DNA from: a virus
IMG/VR virus record: IMGVR_UViG_3300048672_000152
Location: 29,453-93,452 of that record
Strand: one strand, 5' to 3'
Length of the DNA: 64,000 nucleotides
Each line of letters opens with the position of its first letter. The stretch's first letter is position 1. The position numbers and the translations under genes were made by a program. A model generated the notes under the pieces. That model saw only the letters and a program-made list of their open reading frames with translations, had not been told where the DNA came from and did not search any database. Below, in pieces: positions 1 to 10,005 of this stretch.

Positions 1-504
1 TAGCAATCCAGTGACATTGAGCTTAAAGAAAGATGTCTCATTATTATAGAATCTACCTTTACCGTATGTCAATGCTGTCTCAATGTAATCACTACCTGTA
101 TCTATAAACTCACCAATCACTCTGTATTCGATTGGGATTAAAACTTCAGGAGTTTCCTCATAAACAGGGGTATATTTATCTAAATCAGCTAGAAGTTTAC
201 GGTGTTGAAACTCTGTTTCTAAGTCTGGGTAGTTATCACCATAATCAAAATCGGCGCGATACTCATTCATAAGTTCACTAGAGATTTCTGAATCACCATT
301 GATGTAATATTTTAGCACCCGTTGTGCCGATGTTACTGTGCTAATAACAGCATCCTTGGCTACTGATACTTGCGTCCCTTTTCCGTAAGATGTTTCGATA
401 CGTTTACCATCAATATCCCATTTACGACCTGATGGTAATTGGATAATCATAACATCACCAGATGTTACAGCTTCAAAATCATTTAACATTGTGATTAGTT
501 GCAT
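1..504 (-). CDS. hypothetical protein, 3' end runs off the window
   Basis: ATG at 504 with GGAGA SD; frame open to position 1 (MQLITMLNDF...). Confidence 0.7.
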   Translation of the reverse strand, partial: MQLITMLNDFEAVTSGDVMIIQLPSGRKWDIDGKRIETSYGKGTQVSVAKDAVISTVTSAQRVLKYYINGDSEISSELMNEYRADFDYGDNYPDLETEFQHRKLLADLDKYTPVYEETPEVLIPIEYRVIGEFIDTGSDYIETALTYGKGRFYNNETSFFKLNVTGLL

Positions 505-515
505 ATTATTTCTCC

Positions 516-755
516 TTAATATTTCTTAGCTTTACCTTCAATGTGTTCATTGGACATAAAATTACCATACGCCCAATAATCTTCATGTCCACATAACTTA
601 CATTTAGTAGTTGCTTCGCAGATGTGATAGTTAATTGTATCTTCCACTGTTATATCATTACTATCCTCAGAACCGCAAGCATTACAACTAGCCATTACAT
701 CGTATGGGTGGTGTTGTGGTATAAAGTTTTCACTGTTGAAATCTAGTTCAATCAT
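516..755 (-). CDS. small Zn-finger protein
   Basis: CxxC...CxxC; overlaps neighbour by 4 nt. Confidence 0.7.
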   Translation of the reverse strand: MIELDFNSENFIPQHHPYDVMASCNACGSEDSNDITVEDTINYHICEATTKCKLCGHEDYWAYGNFMSNEHIEGKAKKY

Positions 756-949
756 CCTAACATACTCTCACTAATAATCAAAGCGTTTTGCCACACAACG
801 GGAGCATCCATGTCTTCTTTAACAACATGAACTCTCATTCCTGTAACTGTGTACCCATCGTAAATCATTGTACCTTCTGGATGGTCATAAGGATCTGTAG
901 ATTTTAATAGAATGTCAAATGTTATTTTATAAGGTTTGTATGCTTCCAT
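752..949 (-). CDS. hypothetical protein
   Basis: SD, tight operon packing. Confidence 0.65.
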   Translation of the reverse strand: MEAYKPYKITFDILLKSTDPYDHPEGTMIYDGYTVTGMRVHVVKEDMDAPVVWQNALIISESMLG

Positions 950-950
950 A

Positions 951-1193
951 TTATTTCTCCCACTGCTTAATCAAAGCATCAGCAAATTCTACACTTGATT
1001 CGCTCCAACACTTCACCATAGCTTCCGAGGATTCGTATTGCAATACTGTATCCAAATACACAGGTAATAATGCTGCCCCAAATCGAGCAGATAATTCTTC
1101 TCGTTTAGAGAAGCCTGCATTATCACAATACAATTCTTTTTGACCGCTTAAATCTGCATATAGTGTTGGTTGTGCTGGTGTATTTGCGTTCAT
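951..1193 (-). CDS. hypothetical protein
   Basis: start moved to ATG 1193 behind GAGGAGAG SD. Confidence 0.65.
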   Translation of the reverse strand: MNANTPAQPTLYADLSGQKELYCDNAGFSKREELSARFGAALLPVYLDTVLQYESSEAMVKCWSESSVEFADALIKQWEK

Positions 1194-1257
1194 AATTTCT
1201 CTCCTCTGTTGAAACACTAACAACAGGATACCCGAAAGCGACCCTGTTGTCAATAGA

Positions 1258-1506
1258 TTATTTAAATACTGCTGCTTTCAATATACCTTCCAAGAGTAAC
1301 ACTCTATTAGTTAGTTCCTGATTAGCTTGACGTTCAGATTCTAGTACATCAGAGTGAACAGATAGAAGTTGTCTTGTTAAATCAGCATTTGCTCCATTCA
1401 ACACTTTAATTTGATTCTGTTTAGATTCTAACAAGCGTTGTAAAGCTTTAAACTGTTTGACTAACGTATCATAATCTTCGCTTGGCTCCACTGTAATGCT
1501 ATTCAC
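1258..1506 (-). CDS. coiled-coil hypothetical protein
   Basis: GTG at 1506 with GGAGG SD; heptad-like Leu pattern. Confidence 0.6.
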   Translation of the reverse strand: MNSITVEPSEDYDTLVKQFKALQRLLESKQNQIKVLNGANADLTRQLLSVHSDVLESERQANQELTNRVLLLEGILKAAVFK

Positions 1507-1999
1507 TCTTAGCCTCCAACCAATACCACTCATTATCTTCAATTTCTAACTTGAAGTGTTGTAAGATGAATTCCTTAGCACTCTCAATAGATGCAAACAT
1601 TACTTTAGGTTCCCATGTTTCAGCATCATACCCAAGTGTCAACTTAACTGGTGTATCCTTTGGTATATAGATTTCACTGTATTTGTGTTCACCTTGAAAT
1701 AGCGTGTATAATTGGTCTGTCAATGTGTCTTCATTTATTCTCCACGCTTCTTTATCATCTAGCAGGAATTCAATTTCTAATAAATCAAAATCATCGTTAG
1801 GATTGAATTGTTTATCTTGAATGAAGTCATGACTTTCGGTAAAGACTAATATTTTCTCACCATTCACTTTAACTCTATTTGTTTCAACTCCATCAACCAG
1901 ATTAACCCATTTTACATCAAACTCTGAATCGTAGTGAACAGTACCTACTTCCATATCTGGAAGACATAATAGCAACTTCGCTAGTTCATGTGATTTCAT
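1499..1999 (-). CDS. hypothetical protein
   Basis: 166 aa ORF, ATGA overlap with upstream gene. Confidence 0.7.
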   Translation of the reverse strand: MKSHELAKLLLCLPDMEVGTVHYDSEFDVKWVNLVDGVETNRVKVNGEKILVFTESHDFIQDKQFNPNDDFDLLEIEFLLDDKEAWRINEDTLTDQLYTLFQGEHKYSEIYIPKDTPVKLTLGYDAETWEPKVMFASIESAKEFILQHFKLEIEDNEWYWLEAKSE

Positions 2000-2550
2000 A
2001 ATCCAAGCTCCTCTAATTTATCTGACCAATCTGGATAAAACATATTGATTGTTGGTACATTAAACTTACGTGCAATATTCACTGCGGTAGCTGTACCACC
2101 TTGTACAACACCATTAACTTCTTTAGCATAGAATAACACAAAGTCTGATGGTAGGAATAAACCATCCCCTAGAATTTGACAAACATTCCTAGCGTGTAGC
2201 TTCTTAGCGCCAGCAGAACACCTACCCCAATGTGGGTGAACACTGGCTGCAATTTCCATACATGCGGTGTTCAGGTGTTGAGGGATTATGTTACTACCTG
2301 TACTTAGGTATTCTTCCATTTTAAAGTTTACCCAAGGAATGTAAATCTCTTGGTTGGTGATTACCGCATTAATATCACTGTAATAATACTCATGTCCCCA
2401 TTGGAAAGCCGAGTCGCTACCTTTAGCACCACCTGAACGTAGTGTATAACCTTTACCCGCTAGGTGATAAGCTTCAGTGGACATAGCTTCAAATACATTT
2501 TCAGGAACTTCCCTGCTCCCAATACCTGTGTAGATTTTATTCACAATCAA
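1996..2550 (-). CDS. SLOG/DprA-like nucleotide-binding protein
   Basis: YTGIGSR, LRSGGAKGSD, ARN and GGT motifs typical of phage SLOG proteins. Confidence 0.75.
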   Translation of the reverse strand: MIVNKIYTGIGSREVPENVFEAMSTEAYHLAGKGYTLRSGGAKGSDSAFQWGHEYYYSDINAVITNQEIYIPWVNFKMEEYLSTGSNIIPQHLNTACMEIAASVHPHWGRCSAGAKKLHARNVCQILGDGLFLPSDFVLFYAKEVNGVVQGGTATAVNIARKFNVPTINMFYPDWSDKLEELGL

Positions 2551-2776
2551 TCCTCACAATTTCTACATCATATCCAAACTCAGCACTGACAGAATTCTTA
2601 TAATACTCAGCCTCATGATAAGTGTCATAGATGTCAACAAACTCTAATTCAGTTGTATAAGCAACTAATTCGGCATACTGTATCTCGTCAATCTCGTATT
2701 CATCGAAATAGCAGTTAAGGTATTCGCCAGATTCTAAATCTCGAAGTACATATTTAATTGTCACATCACACCTCAC
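2537..2776 (-). CDS. acidic hypothetical protein
   Basis: operon packing. Confidence 0.6.
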   Translation of the reverse strand: MRCDVTIKYVLRDLESGEYLNCYFDEYEIDEIQYAELVAYTTELEFVDIYDTYHEAEYYKNSVSAEFGYDVEIVRIDCE

Positions 2777-2954
2777 GCTTCTTTTGGAAAGCTTTCCATT
2801 GTTTATCTGTAGAATAATGTCTGATCACACGAGCTAACGAATTCTGTAATTCAATATCACCTTCATCATGATTATCAAATTGTTCAATCAGGTCATCTAA
2901 GATAATATCATTCAGAGCATCAAACTCAATTTCGATTGTTACACGTTTAGTCAT
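2766..2954 (-). CDS. hypothetical protein
   Basis: operon packing, SD. Confidence 0.6.
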   Translation of the reverse strand: MTKRVTIEIEFDALNDIILDDLIEQFDNHDEGDIELQNSLARVIRHYSTDKQWKAFQKKREV

Positions 2955-3226
2955 ACATTCTCCTTACTTAATGTTTTAGCGATATTCTCTGCTGTACTAC
3001 TTAGTGATACAATAATGTCATCAAGTGTATTACCTTCCAACGCAACCCAAGAAAGCTTATCTGCAATCTGATTGAGATTAGCATAGAACAGAGAAGATTG
3101 TGTCATCTCTTTCTTAGCATCTTCCTTAAGAGTTGGTTTATGATGTGTCAAGTTATAACCAAAGTGGTCTGACTTGGTGATAGTGTAATATTCTTTGCTA
3201 TCTTTTACTTTGAATGTTAATTCCAT
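2951..3226 (-). CDS. hypothetical protein
   Basis: AGGAGAG SD. Confidence 0.65.
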   Translation of the reverse strand: MELTFKVKDSKEYYTITKSDHFGYNLTHHKPTLKEDAKKEMTQSSLFYANLNQIADKLSWVALEGNTLDDIIVSLSSTAENIAKTLSKENV

Positions 3227-3286
3227 ATTCTCTCCTTTGTAATTAAATTTGATTACATCATCATTTGTAAGCTATTTGACTTACAA

Positions 3287-3514
3287 TTAAAACTCTGTGT
3301 AATCGTAGTACTTAGATTGATAGCGTTCATGTGCAAGGACATGAACAGATTCTTCATCTAAATGTGGGTGTGTCATACGAACCATAGATTCAATCCACAA
3401 CATATCGCTCTCAAATTTAAATTCTTCATAAGCTGCACGTTCTTCTTCGGCATCATAGCTTTTCCATTGATCGTATGCAACACCAACATCGTTATTCCAA
3501 CTCTTGTATAACAT
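3287..3514 (-). CDS. hypothetical protein
   Basis: GAGGAG SD. Confidence 0.6.
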   Translation of the reverse strand: MLYKSWNNDVGVAYDQWKSYDAEEERAAYEEFKFESDMLWIESMVRMTHPHLDEESVHVLAHERYQSKYYDYTEF

Positions 3515-3528
3515 AATTATTAACTCCT

Positions 3529-4416
3529 CTAATTGCTCATATCTAATTCATTGCGAAATGCTTTCCAAGTAGGAAATCTAGGTACACCATAACTAGACAA
3601 TTCTTGATACTTGAATGTTACAAGCTTACCTAGACATTTATCTTGGTTATCCCAAATATCTTTGCGCTGTTCATCGGTGAATCCACTACCGATATTGAAT
3701 ACTACACCACCCCATTGCACTTGTAAAGAGCCAAGTGTGTTTGCGGGAAGTAAACCTTCTTTCTTACTTGAGCGTTTGCTATACCCTCGTTCATCCGTTT
3801 CTTTGATGTTTGTGTTGGTCATCTTTTCTTCAAAACCAATAACAGTTGCTTCGTCGTCTAAGAAACTTTTCAACTTCAACAAATAACCTTCTTTGAATGT
3901 AGACCGTCCTTGTTTATACTTGCCATTTAATGATCGTAAAATGCCACCTTCATAACCTTGTGATATGTATTTCCCTAGCAGATTTTCAACTTCTTCTGGA
4001 GTCTCAGCAATATCAGAAATCACGCGCTTAACATACAGTGGTCTATCAATCTCCAACACTTTAATCGTGTAAATATTAGCTCGTTCTTTGAAAGGTAAAT
4101 CACTATCCCAATAATCATAAACAGCCAAATAGAAATCTGGCTCTCCATCTTCTGACATAATTGCTGACTGAACAGAATTGAAGTCCCCATGTACCATTAA
4201 CTCCCCATCCAAACCATGAAGGTTTAATTCTTTAAACACTTCCTGTACAAATCGGTTAGGGATAAGCTTCATTTTGCGACTATAAGCCACCCCGTTAATA
4301 GCTAGACAACGTATTCCGTCGAGCTTTTGTTGAATGAAACACGGATACTTAATATCGGTGTATAAATTTGGTATTTCCGATGCCGCCAGCATACATTGCT
4401 TAATCATACTTCCCAT
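3529..4416 (-). CDS. lig: ATP-dependent DNA ligase
   Basis: KLDGIR adenylation motif, LDGEL, YEGGILR, LLKLK, IGSGF, PRFP. Confidence 0.95.
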   Translation of the reverse strand: MGSMIKQCMLAASEIPNLYTDIKYPCFIQQKLDGIRCLAINGVAYSRKMKLIPNRFVQEVFKELNLHGLDGELMVHGDFNSVQSAIMSEDGEPDFYLAVYDYWDSDLPFKERANIYTIKVLEIDRPLYVKRVISDIAETPEEVENLLGKYISQGYEGGILRSLNGKYKQGRSTFKEGYLLKLKSFLDDEATVIGFEEKMTNTNIKETDERGYSKRSSKKEGLLPANTLGSLQVQWGGVVFNIGSGFTDEQRKDIWDNQDKCLGKLVTFKYQELSSYGVPRFPTWKAFRNELDMSN

Positions 4417-5035
4417 TTAATACCTCCTCTTTAAATAAATTTATTAATTTATCCGCCACCCTTGCGTCTTCTTGTAAGGTAGCGAGTTGTATTGCCAATT
4501 CCTTCTTCCTTTTCTTCCACTGATTATGTGCCTCATCCTCAGAGAAGAAATACCCTAAATGTTCAACCGTATTCGTAAAAGGGTTACTACATCTTGCCCT
4601 AAATTTACCGTTTGGTTTGTAAATGTCAACTCCTAATTTGTATTGACCGCGCCTTTTCTCACAATCTAATAAGAAACAGTTAGTGAGTCTATCAACAAAT
4701 ACACAAGTTTCTGGACTGTAGAGCTTTCCATCACCCAACAAATCTTTATCTAACTCCCTACCTTCCCAGTTTTGTGTTTCCATCCATGTTTTAAAATTAG
4801 AAAAGGTAAGCCACTCAAAACAAACGTTTGTATTATCGTAAGTCGAACTTTTCATTAAGGTCTTCTTATTATAACAGCGTTTCAGCATATTGGACCAAGT
4901 TGTGAAATATGGACATCTGACTCGAAGTCCACCCGATCTCAAGTCTACTTGATAATCCGCATCATTGACCCCAATACCGTATATAAGTGTTTTTGACTTT
5001 TTTCTTCTTGGTGAGATGGTAAAGTTCATTTCCAT
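4400..5035 (-). CDS. free-standing HNH-type homing endonuclease with AP2-like C-terminus
   Basis: IYGIGVND, WSNMLKRCY, LDKDLL..GKLYSPETC, HLGYF..EDEAH. Confidence 0.85.
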   Translation of the reverse strand: MEMNFTISPRRKKSKTLIYGIGVNDADYQVDLRSGGLRVRCPYFTTWSNMLKRCYNKKTLMKSSTYDNTNVCFEWLTFSNFKTWMETQNWEGRELDKDLLGDGKLYSPETCVFVDRLTNCFLLDCEKRRGQYKLGVDIYKPNGKFRARCSNPFTNTVEHLGYFFSEDEAHNQWKKRKKELAIQLATLQEDARVADKLINLFKEEVLNGKYD

Positions 5036-5619
5036 CCTCTAGTTTGTTTAATTTCATCTAAGCTAATTGGTGTGTAATTTACTTGTTCGCATGATACACA
5101 GTAGTATCTATCATCAGTTACATCACCAAGATACATACCCAAGTATTTTTCTTCTCTTGTGACTCGTTTACTATGTAAGTGACCATGAATATTCATACCA
5201 CGATATAATTCATAATCAGGTACAGGAATATGGCTAATCCACAATCCCCATCTGGACTCAACACCCATGATAGTTACATTCTTAAATTGTAGTGCATATT
5301 TAACAACTGATAATTTATCATGATTACCTAATACATAATACACTCGTTGAAACTTACGTGCATATTCCTTCAGTCGCCAGAATTCACTTTCCTTAAAGAA
5401 TATATCACCTAACAACCATAAACAATCGCATTTGTTTCCTGTGTTCATGATGTTTCGATGAATTGTTTCATTGTGTTCTTCGACAGAAGAAAACTCTTTA
5501 CGAAATTTTAAATGTATATTGCTGTGTCCAAAATGGGTATCAGCAATGAAATAATGCTTTGGTGGTTCCGGTGCCGCTTTCCGACTAAAACCACTTTCTA
5601 CTAATGTTATATCGCTCAT
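5026..5619 (-). CDS. calcineurin-like metallophosphoesterase
   Basis: DTHFGH, LGD, GNHD, HGHLH motifs. Confidence 0.9.
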   Translation of the reverse strand: MSDITLVESGFSRKAAPEPPKHYFIADTHFGHSNIHLKFRKEFSSVEEHNETIHRNIMNTGNKCDCLWLLGDIFFKESEFWRLKEYARKFQRVYYVLGNHDKLSVVKYALQFKNVTIMGVESRWGLWISHIPVPDYELYRGMNIHGHLHSKRVTREEKYLGMYLGDVTDDRYYCVSCEQVNYTPISLDEIKQTRGWK

Positions 5620-5628
5620 AGCATTCTC

Positions 5629-5976
5629 CTAATCCCAAAACCCTAATAAATGTTTATTCAGCATAGTTGTGAGCAAACTCAAATTTGCTTTTCTGCGTTT
5701 GACCAGATACTTGTGACTCTCCCACATAACGCGAATATCTTTGTTGTTTCTAGTGATAAACACTTTATTTGTCTGATGATTATCCTCACGTACTCGCTTA
5801 CACAACTCAGCACAAATCTTCATCTTCTTAGCCACTTTGTCAGCATTAAGGTGCATACCTTTCTTCAATGTAACTTTAGCGGCATTATCTAACCAATCTT
5901 CCATAGCCATCAACAAGAAACTGTAGTCATACCATTTGTAAGCCTTTAAGAATTGACGTTTGTGTTTGTTTTTCAT
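5629..5976 (-). CDS. hypothetical protein
   Basis: ATG 5976 after GGAGG; ends ..FWD. Confidence 0.65.
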   Translation of the reverse strand: MKNKHKRQFLKAYKWYDYSFLLMAMEDWLDNAAKVTLKKGMHLNADKVAKKMKICAELCKRVREDNHQTNKVFITRNNKDIRVMWESHKYLVKRRKANLSLLTTMLNKHLLGFWD

Positions 5977-5977
5977 A

Positions 5978-6178
5978 CTACACCTCCCGAACCACATACA
6001 TATTAGACCCATACTCGGCATCAACAGCCTCTTGTGCTAATACTCGTTTGCTTGTTTTATAGAAAATGAATGTCCCATCCCAAATACGAATGCAATATTT
6101 GCTTGGGTAGACAAAAGTATCTTGTGCATATTCTTCATAACTAACAACTACTACTTCAATAGCTTTCTTCTTAGACAT
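5978..6178 (-). CDS. hypothetical protein
   Basis: ATG 6178 after AAGGAGA, downstream of promoter. Confidence 0.65.
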   Translation of the reverse strand: MSKKKAIEVVVVSYEEYAQDTFVYPSKYCIRIWDGTFIFYKTSKRVLAQEAVDAEYGSNMYVVREV

Positions 6179-6208
6179 TATTTTCTCCTTCATGTTTCGA
6201 TGAGATTC

Positions 6209-6236
6209 ATTATACACGAATCAAATATCAATGCAA
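6209..6236 (-). promoter_or_regulatory. sigma70-type promoter
   Basis: TTGCAT-16-TATAAT. Confidence 0.65.
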
Positions 6237-6258
6237 CTATAATTTTCATTATTACAAA

Positions 6259-6285
6259 GAAAAAAGCCCGCTAAGAAGCGGGCTT
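6259..6285 (-). terminator. intrinsic terminator
   Basis: AAGCCCGC-loop-GCGGGCTT followed by U-run on - strand. Confidence 0.8.
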
Positions 6286-6459
6286 ATGTTTATCTAATTC
6301 TTCACGATATAAAGCAATAGCTTTGAGTAGACTATCCACTTGTTTCTCAAGTACACTGTTGTACTCTTGTAACTCATTGTTCCGGCGCTCTAGCTGGCGG
6401 ATTGTTTCTTTGTCGTCTGGAACAGACATATATTCTCTCATTTCTGCATAGTGCGTCAT
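6271..6459 (-). CDS. small coiled-coil protein
   Basis: ATGA overlap with upstream gene. Confidence 0.6.
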   Translation of the reverse strand: MTHYAEMREYMSVPDDKETIRQLERRNNELQEYNSVLEKQVDSLLKAIALYREELDKHKPAS

Positions 6460-6737
6460 TTTGTTTCTCCTTTGTTTGCAAATTTCTCATTAAGGATATC
6501 AGCTAACCAAACACCTGTTACAGCACCAACTGCCGCTCCAATGGAAGTGATTAGAATAGTCCATGTTGCCCCTTGCGTCAACACTGTTCCATAAACAGTC
6601 AGTTCTAGTAAGCAGATAAAATAACTCACAATAGGAATAATTCTCATATTCTTATTTGCGATACTTCTACCTTGCAACGTTTTTAGCCCCACTGCTGTGA
6701 ACATACCTAGCGTTGTTAATATTGTTTGTGCTATCAT
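6456..6737 (-). CDS. small membrane protein (about 3 TM)
   Basis: three hydrophobic segments. Confidence 0.7.
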   Translation of the reverse strand: MIAQTILTTLGMFTAVGLKTLQGRSIANKNMRIIPIVSYFICLLELTVYGTVLTQGATWTILITSIGAAVGAVTGVWLADILNEKFANKGETK

Positions 6738-7114
6738 AAAGATCCCCCGTATTCCGCAATAATCTCATCCATTACACGCAACGTACCATTGTAATCCCCG
6801 ATCCACATACGTAACAATGCTTCACGATATAATTGGTTATCTGTGAATGTATTAATTAACGCTGTGCCACTATCTACAGACACTAAATCAAGATTGTCTA
6901 TATACTGAAAAGCATAAGTTTTTAAATCCATTTCTAATTGCACACAATGTTTAGCTTTGTTTAAGTTAACAAGCTTGTCACCTTTATCTCTGGTTAGGTA
7001 TTTAGCAAGTTTACAGAAACACGGTGTACCGTATAGTTTATATACAAGCTCAATAGGCTGCATCTTCATTGCTGTGTAGTGTGTGCCATCGCATTGGAAT
7101 CCTAAACCATTCAT
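6734..7114 (-). CDS. DUF3310/SaV-like protein (T7 gp1.7 nucleotide-kinase-related)
   Basis: G.HY...MQPIE...KY..R.K....L.KA pattern. Confidence 0.6.
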   Translation of the reverse strand: MNGLGFQCDGTHYTAMKMQPIELVYKLYGTPCFCKLAKYLTRDKGDKLVNLNKAKHCVQLEMDLKTYAFQYIDNLDLVSVDSGTALINTFTDNQLYREALLRMWIGDYNGTLRVMDEIIAEYGGSL

Positions 7115-7169
7115 ATTATTCTCCTCTTAAAATTAAAAAGCCCCAATCTTTCGACTGAGGCTAAGTATA

Positions 7170-7901
7170 TTACTCTGGTACGCTATTGTCAAGCTCAGTG
7201 ATAATTAATTTTCCATTATCATCAACATCAACAGAAATCTCACCTAATACATATTGAGCTAATTGTGATTTAGTTAATTTTAACAGTTGTTCTCTTGTCA
7301 AAGTTTCTTCGTAGAGGTCGTCTAAGTTGAAAGCTTTGGTTTGAGCTTCTTTTTGTTCTTGAATTTGAGCTTTGATAATGTTCTCACGTTTTTCAAGTCG
7401 CTCACAGATTTCATCATACTCTAAATATGAATCCTTACCTTCAAGAATATCTTCAATTTCTTCTGGTGAATAGAAACCAAAGTAAACATCTTGGTACAAG
7501 GCACGTAATTGTTTGTCGCTAGATTGAATCGACCTAATTTTATCGCTTAACTTACCACCATCGTACCCATGAGATGTGTGACTCATAAGTGTGGAGTGTG
7601 GCATCACTTCAACTGAGTGACAAGACAGTAGCAGAATAGATCCACCACTCATTGCTACACCATTCAAAATACCATGTACATGACCGTTACAAGAACGAAT
7701 CATATTACTAAGCATTGTAGTAGTGTGCAGGAATCCTCCAAAACAGTTTATTGTTAGTTCAAGAGAATCATCTTCCGACATAGAAGTCAATACTTGAACT
7801 AATTCTCTATACTTGCTAGGTTCTTCAATATCCCCGTCAATGAAATATGCAAAGTTTTGTGGAGAAGGTTTTACGTAAATTGTATCTAATTCGTTAAGCA
7901 T
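7170..7901 (-). CDS. ClpP-like serine protease
   Basis: INCFGG, AMSGGS (Ser nucleophile), LMSH (His). Confidence 0.85.
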   Translation of the reverse strand: MLNELDTIYVKPSPQNFAYFIDGDIEEPSKYRELVQVLTSMSEDDSLELTINCFGGFLHTTTMLSNMIRSCNGHVHGILNGVAMSGGSILLLSCHSVEVMPHSTLMSHTSHGYDGGKLSDKIRSIQSSDKQLRALYQDVYFGFYSPEEIEDILEGKDSYLEYDEICERLEKRENIIKAQIQEQKEAQTKAFNLDDLYEETLTREQLLKLTKSQLAQYVLGEISVDVDDNGKLIITELDNSVPE

Positions 7902-8437
7902 TGTTCTCTCCTTAAAATATTGTATTGAAATTCAAGCTGTTTCCTCACGGTAGCAGCTTCGATTTCTGTGTTATATCTGCCGAAATACGTAGAAACTCCT
8001 CCTACTGGAAACCAAACTTCCCATTTATTATCTTTTGGTCTGATGCCGTACCAAGCATATGTCGGAGATTTACCTGTATTAAATGTGTTAGCTGAAACCG
8101 TACTTAGTCTCAAATTACATATACGATTATCTAAACTATCTCCATTTATGTGGTCAATAATAGAAGATGTGTCACCATAAACGTAAGCCCAAGCAACTCT
8201 ATGTGCTTTGTATCTTACCTTGTTTACATATAAACTCTTATATTGGTAGCCAGAGGCGTTTTCCTCTAAACTACCCGCTAACATCCCTACATGCTTCTTA
8301 TTAAAACTTTTCCAAACTGTATCAGTCTTGAAATGTTCTCTAGGACGAGTCTTCCAGAGGAATTCTCCTGTGCTTGGGTTATATTCAAGTACAGACTTAA
8401 TGTAATCCACAGGTATCGTCTTGGGTAATAGCAACAT
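7886..8437 (-). CDS. HNH homing endonuclease (HNH + AP2-like)
   Basis: Y.P.TGEF.W, AHRVAW, IDHINGDSLDNRICNLR. Confidence 0.9.
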   Translation of the reverse strand: MLLLPKTIPVDYIKSVLEYNPSTGEFLWKTRPREHFKTDTVWKSFNKKHVGMLAGSLEENASGYQYKSLYVNKVRYKAHRVAWAYVYGDTSSIIDHINGDSLDNRICNLRLSTVSANTFNTGKSPTYAWYGIRPKDNKWEVWFPVGGVSTYFGRYNTEIEAATVRKQLEFQYNILRREQCLTN

Positions 8438-8438
8438 A

Positions 8439-9194
8439 CTACATCAACCCCTTACGTCTCAGAGCAAGAATCACTTTCTTCACTGGTTCAGAACGAACAA
8501 TATCACTTGGACGATTGAAATCTACGAAGCCCCAAGGTAGGTCAGGATTCTCACCATACAACTCAATAGCTAATTGAAGACCGTTACTCTCTTTCAAATC
8601 AGTTTGTAGAATATCACCAGCTAAAACTAAAGTAGAGTTATTGCCGCTTCGAGTGATAATCTTGATAAACTCTTGACGACTGATATCTTCAGCTTCATCA
8701 CAAATGATAAAACAGTTCTTCAGTGAGCGTCCTTTTATCACTTCGAGTGGTATGGGTTCAATATCTCCACGTTCGATAGCTAAATCTACTACAGAACGTC
8801 CTAGCTTCTCGTATAGCGTATCTAAAATAGGCATTAACCAGTTCTTAGACTTCTCTACAAGAGACCCCCCGAAGAAACCTAATGACTTAGAGTTAGATAC
8901 TGCTGGACGCACTAGATAAATCTTATTGATTTCACCTAAATACCACTTTTCTGCTGCAACACAAGTAGGGATGTAACTTTTAGAGCTTCCTGCATACCCA
9001 GTAGCGATCACAACAGGAAGTTCATTGCACATACGAATGTATTCGGCTTGCAAATCATTCATAGGTTTTACGGTGACAAACTTTTCTTTTCGGTCTTCTA
9101 AATGTTTTTCAGAAATCTCACGAGGTTTCCCCGCAGTTTCTTTAGCTTTACGTGTTCTCTGTACACGTTGTTTCGCATTGCTATTGTGTTCCAA
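8439..9194 (-). CDS. phoH: PhoH-like ATPase
   Basis: TTG start with AGGAGG SD; GYAGSSKS, LVRP, LGFFGG, KGRSL, DEAE, GDILQTD, DIVRS. Confidence 0.93.
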   Translation of the reverse strand: MEHNSNAKQRVQRTRKAKETAGKPREISEKHLEDRKEKFVTVKPMNDLQAEYIRMCNELPVVIATGYAGSSKSYIPTCVAAEKWYLGEINKIYLVRPAVSNSKSLGFFGGSLVEKSKNWLMPILDTLYEKLGRSVVDLAIERGDIEPIPLEVIKGRSLKNCFIICDEAEDISRQEFIKIITRSGNNSTLVLAGDILQTDLKESNGLQLAIELYGENPDLPWGFVDFNRPSDIVRSEPVKKVILALRRKGLM

Positions 9195-9207
9195 TTTATT
9201 ATCCTCC

Positions 9208-9603
9208 TTAATCACAACTGCTTGATGAACTACTACTACTACTTGAATAATCTGAACTACTATAATTACTTGACGAGCAAGAATCACTACTAGACATGAT
9301 AATTGCAGTAGCTACATAAGGTGTAACATAGTCAGTGTTATCAACTTTAATAGCATTGCTCTCAGATTGAACAGTAGATTTATACTTACTCTCTGCTGGT
9401 TTGTTATACTTCTCAAACTTTGACTTAGCTGGAGTATTTACTTTCGGCATAGGAGTTTCTGTCTTAGTAGCAGGTAACTTCTGATAATCATTAATATGCT
9501 GTGGCAATTCTTCGACCTTCAGCATAGCAACATTAGGTAACTCTTGCTCAACTTTACTAGATGAAAACAATTTACTAAATTTAGATACTAACCAATTCCA
9601 CAT
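9208..9603 (-). CDS. protein with Ser-rich low-complexity C-terminus
   Basis: SSSDSCSSSNYSSSDYSSSSSSSSSSCD tail. Confidence 0.7.
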   Translation of the reverse strand: MWNWLVSKFSKLFSSSKVEQELPNVAMLKVEELPQHINDYQKLPATKTETPMPKVNTPAKSKFEKYNKPAESKYKSTVQSESNAIKVDNTDYVTPYVATAIIMSSSDSCSSSNYSSSDYSSSSSSSSSSCD

Positions 9604-9619
9604 AACAATCCCCCCTTAT

Positions 9620-9787
9620 TTATCGAAAATAAATATCATCTCTCAGACTAACGTAACCATCTCTAATTTCTTTAACAGTAGGTATACTGCTTTTCCTATC
9701 AGCTAAGAAAGCTAAGGGGTACATTGCTACTAAAACAATAGTAAACAACAACACAGCAAGAGTAAACTTAATATGCAACCACCACAT
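9620..9787 (-). CDS. small membrane protein (55 aa, not in ORF track)
   Basis: MWWLHIKFTLAVLLFTIVLVAMYPLAFLA...; TAATG coupling to upstream gene. Confidence 0.6.
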   Translation of the reverse strand: MWWLHIKFTLAVLLFTIVLVAMYPLAFLADRKSSIPTVKEIRDGYVSLRDDIYFR

Positions 9788-10002
9788 TATAAATACTCCC
9801 CTAATAATTCTAGTTCATATTCAGACAACATAACACTGTAAGGCTGACTTTTAGCTTTCAATGTTGTCTGGTAGTTACGTAAGATATGCTCATAATCTAG
9901 CATATCAGGAACTTCTTCTTGTGATGCTTTATTATTCTCAAAGTTAGTGAGGAATGTATCACAAGCTAATAAGAATACATCTGTTGGGTATGTGAAATAC
10001 AT
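9787..10002 (-). CDS. hypothetical protein
   Basis: GGAGG SD. Confidence 0.6.
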   Translation of the reverse strand: MYFTYPTDVFLLACDTFLTNFENNKASQEEVPDMLDYEHILRNYQTTLKAKSQPYSVMLSEYELELLGEYL

Positions 10003-10005
10003 TAG

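Noticed and set aside
9195-9300. Tandem ACT repeats as a CRISPR/VNTR, and PhoH N-terminal extension
   Set aside because: Explained by the poly-Ser tail of ORF 9208..9603; PhoH has its own SD and TTG at 9194
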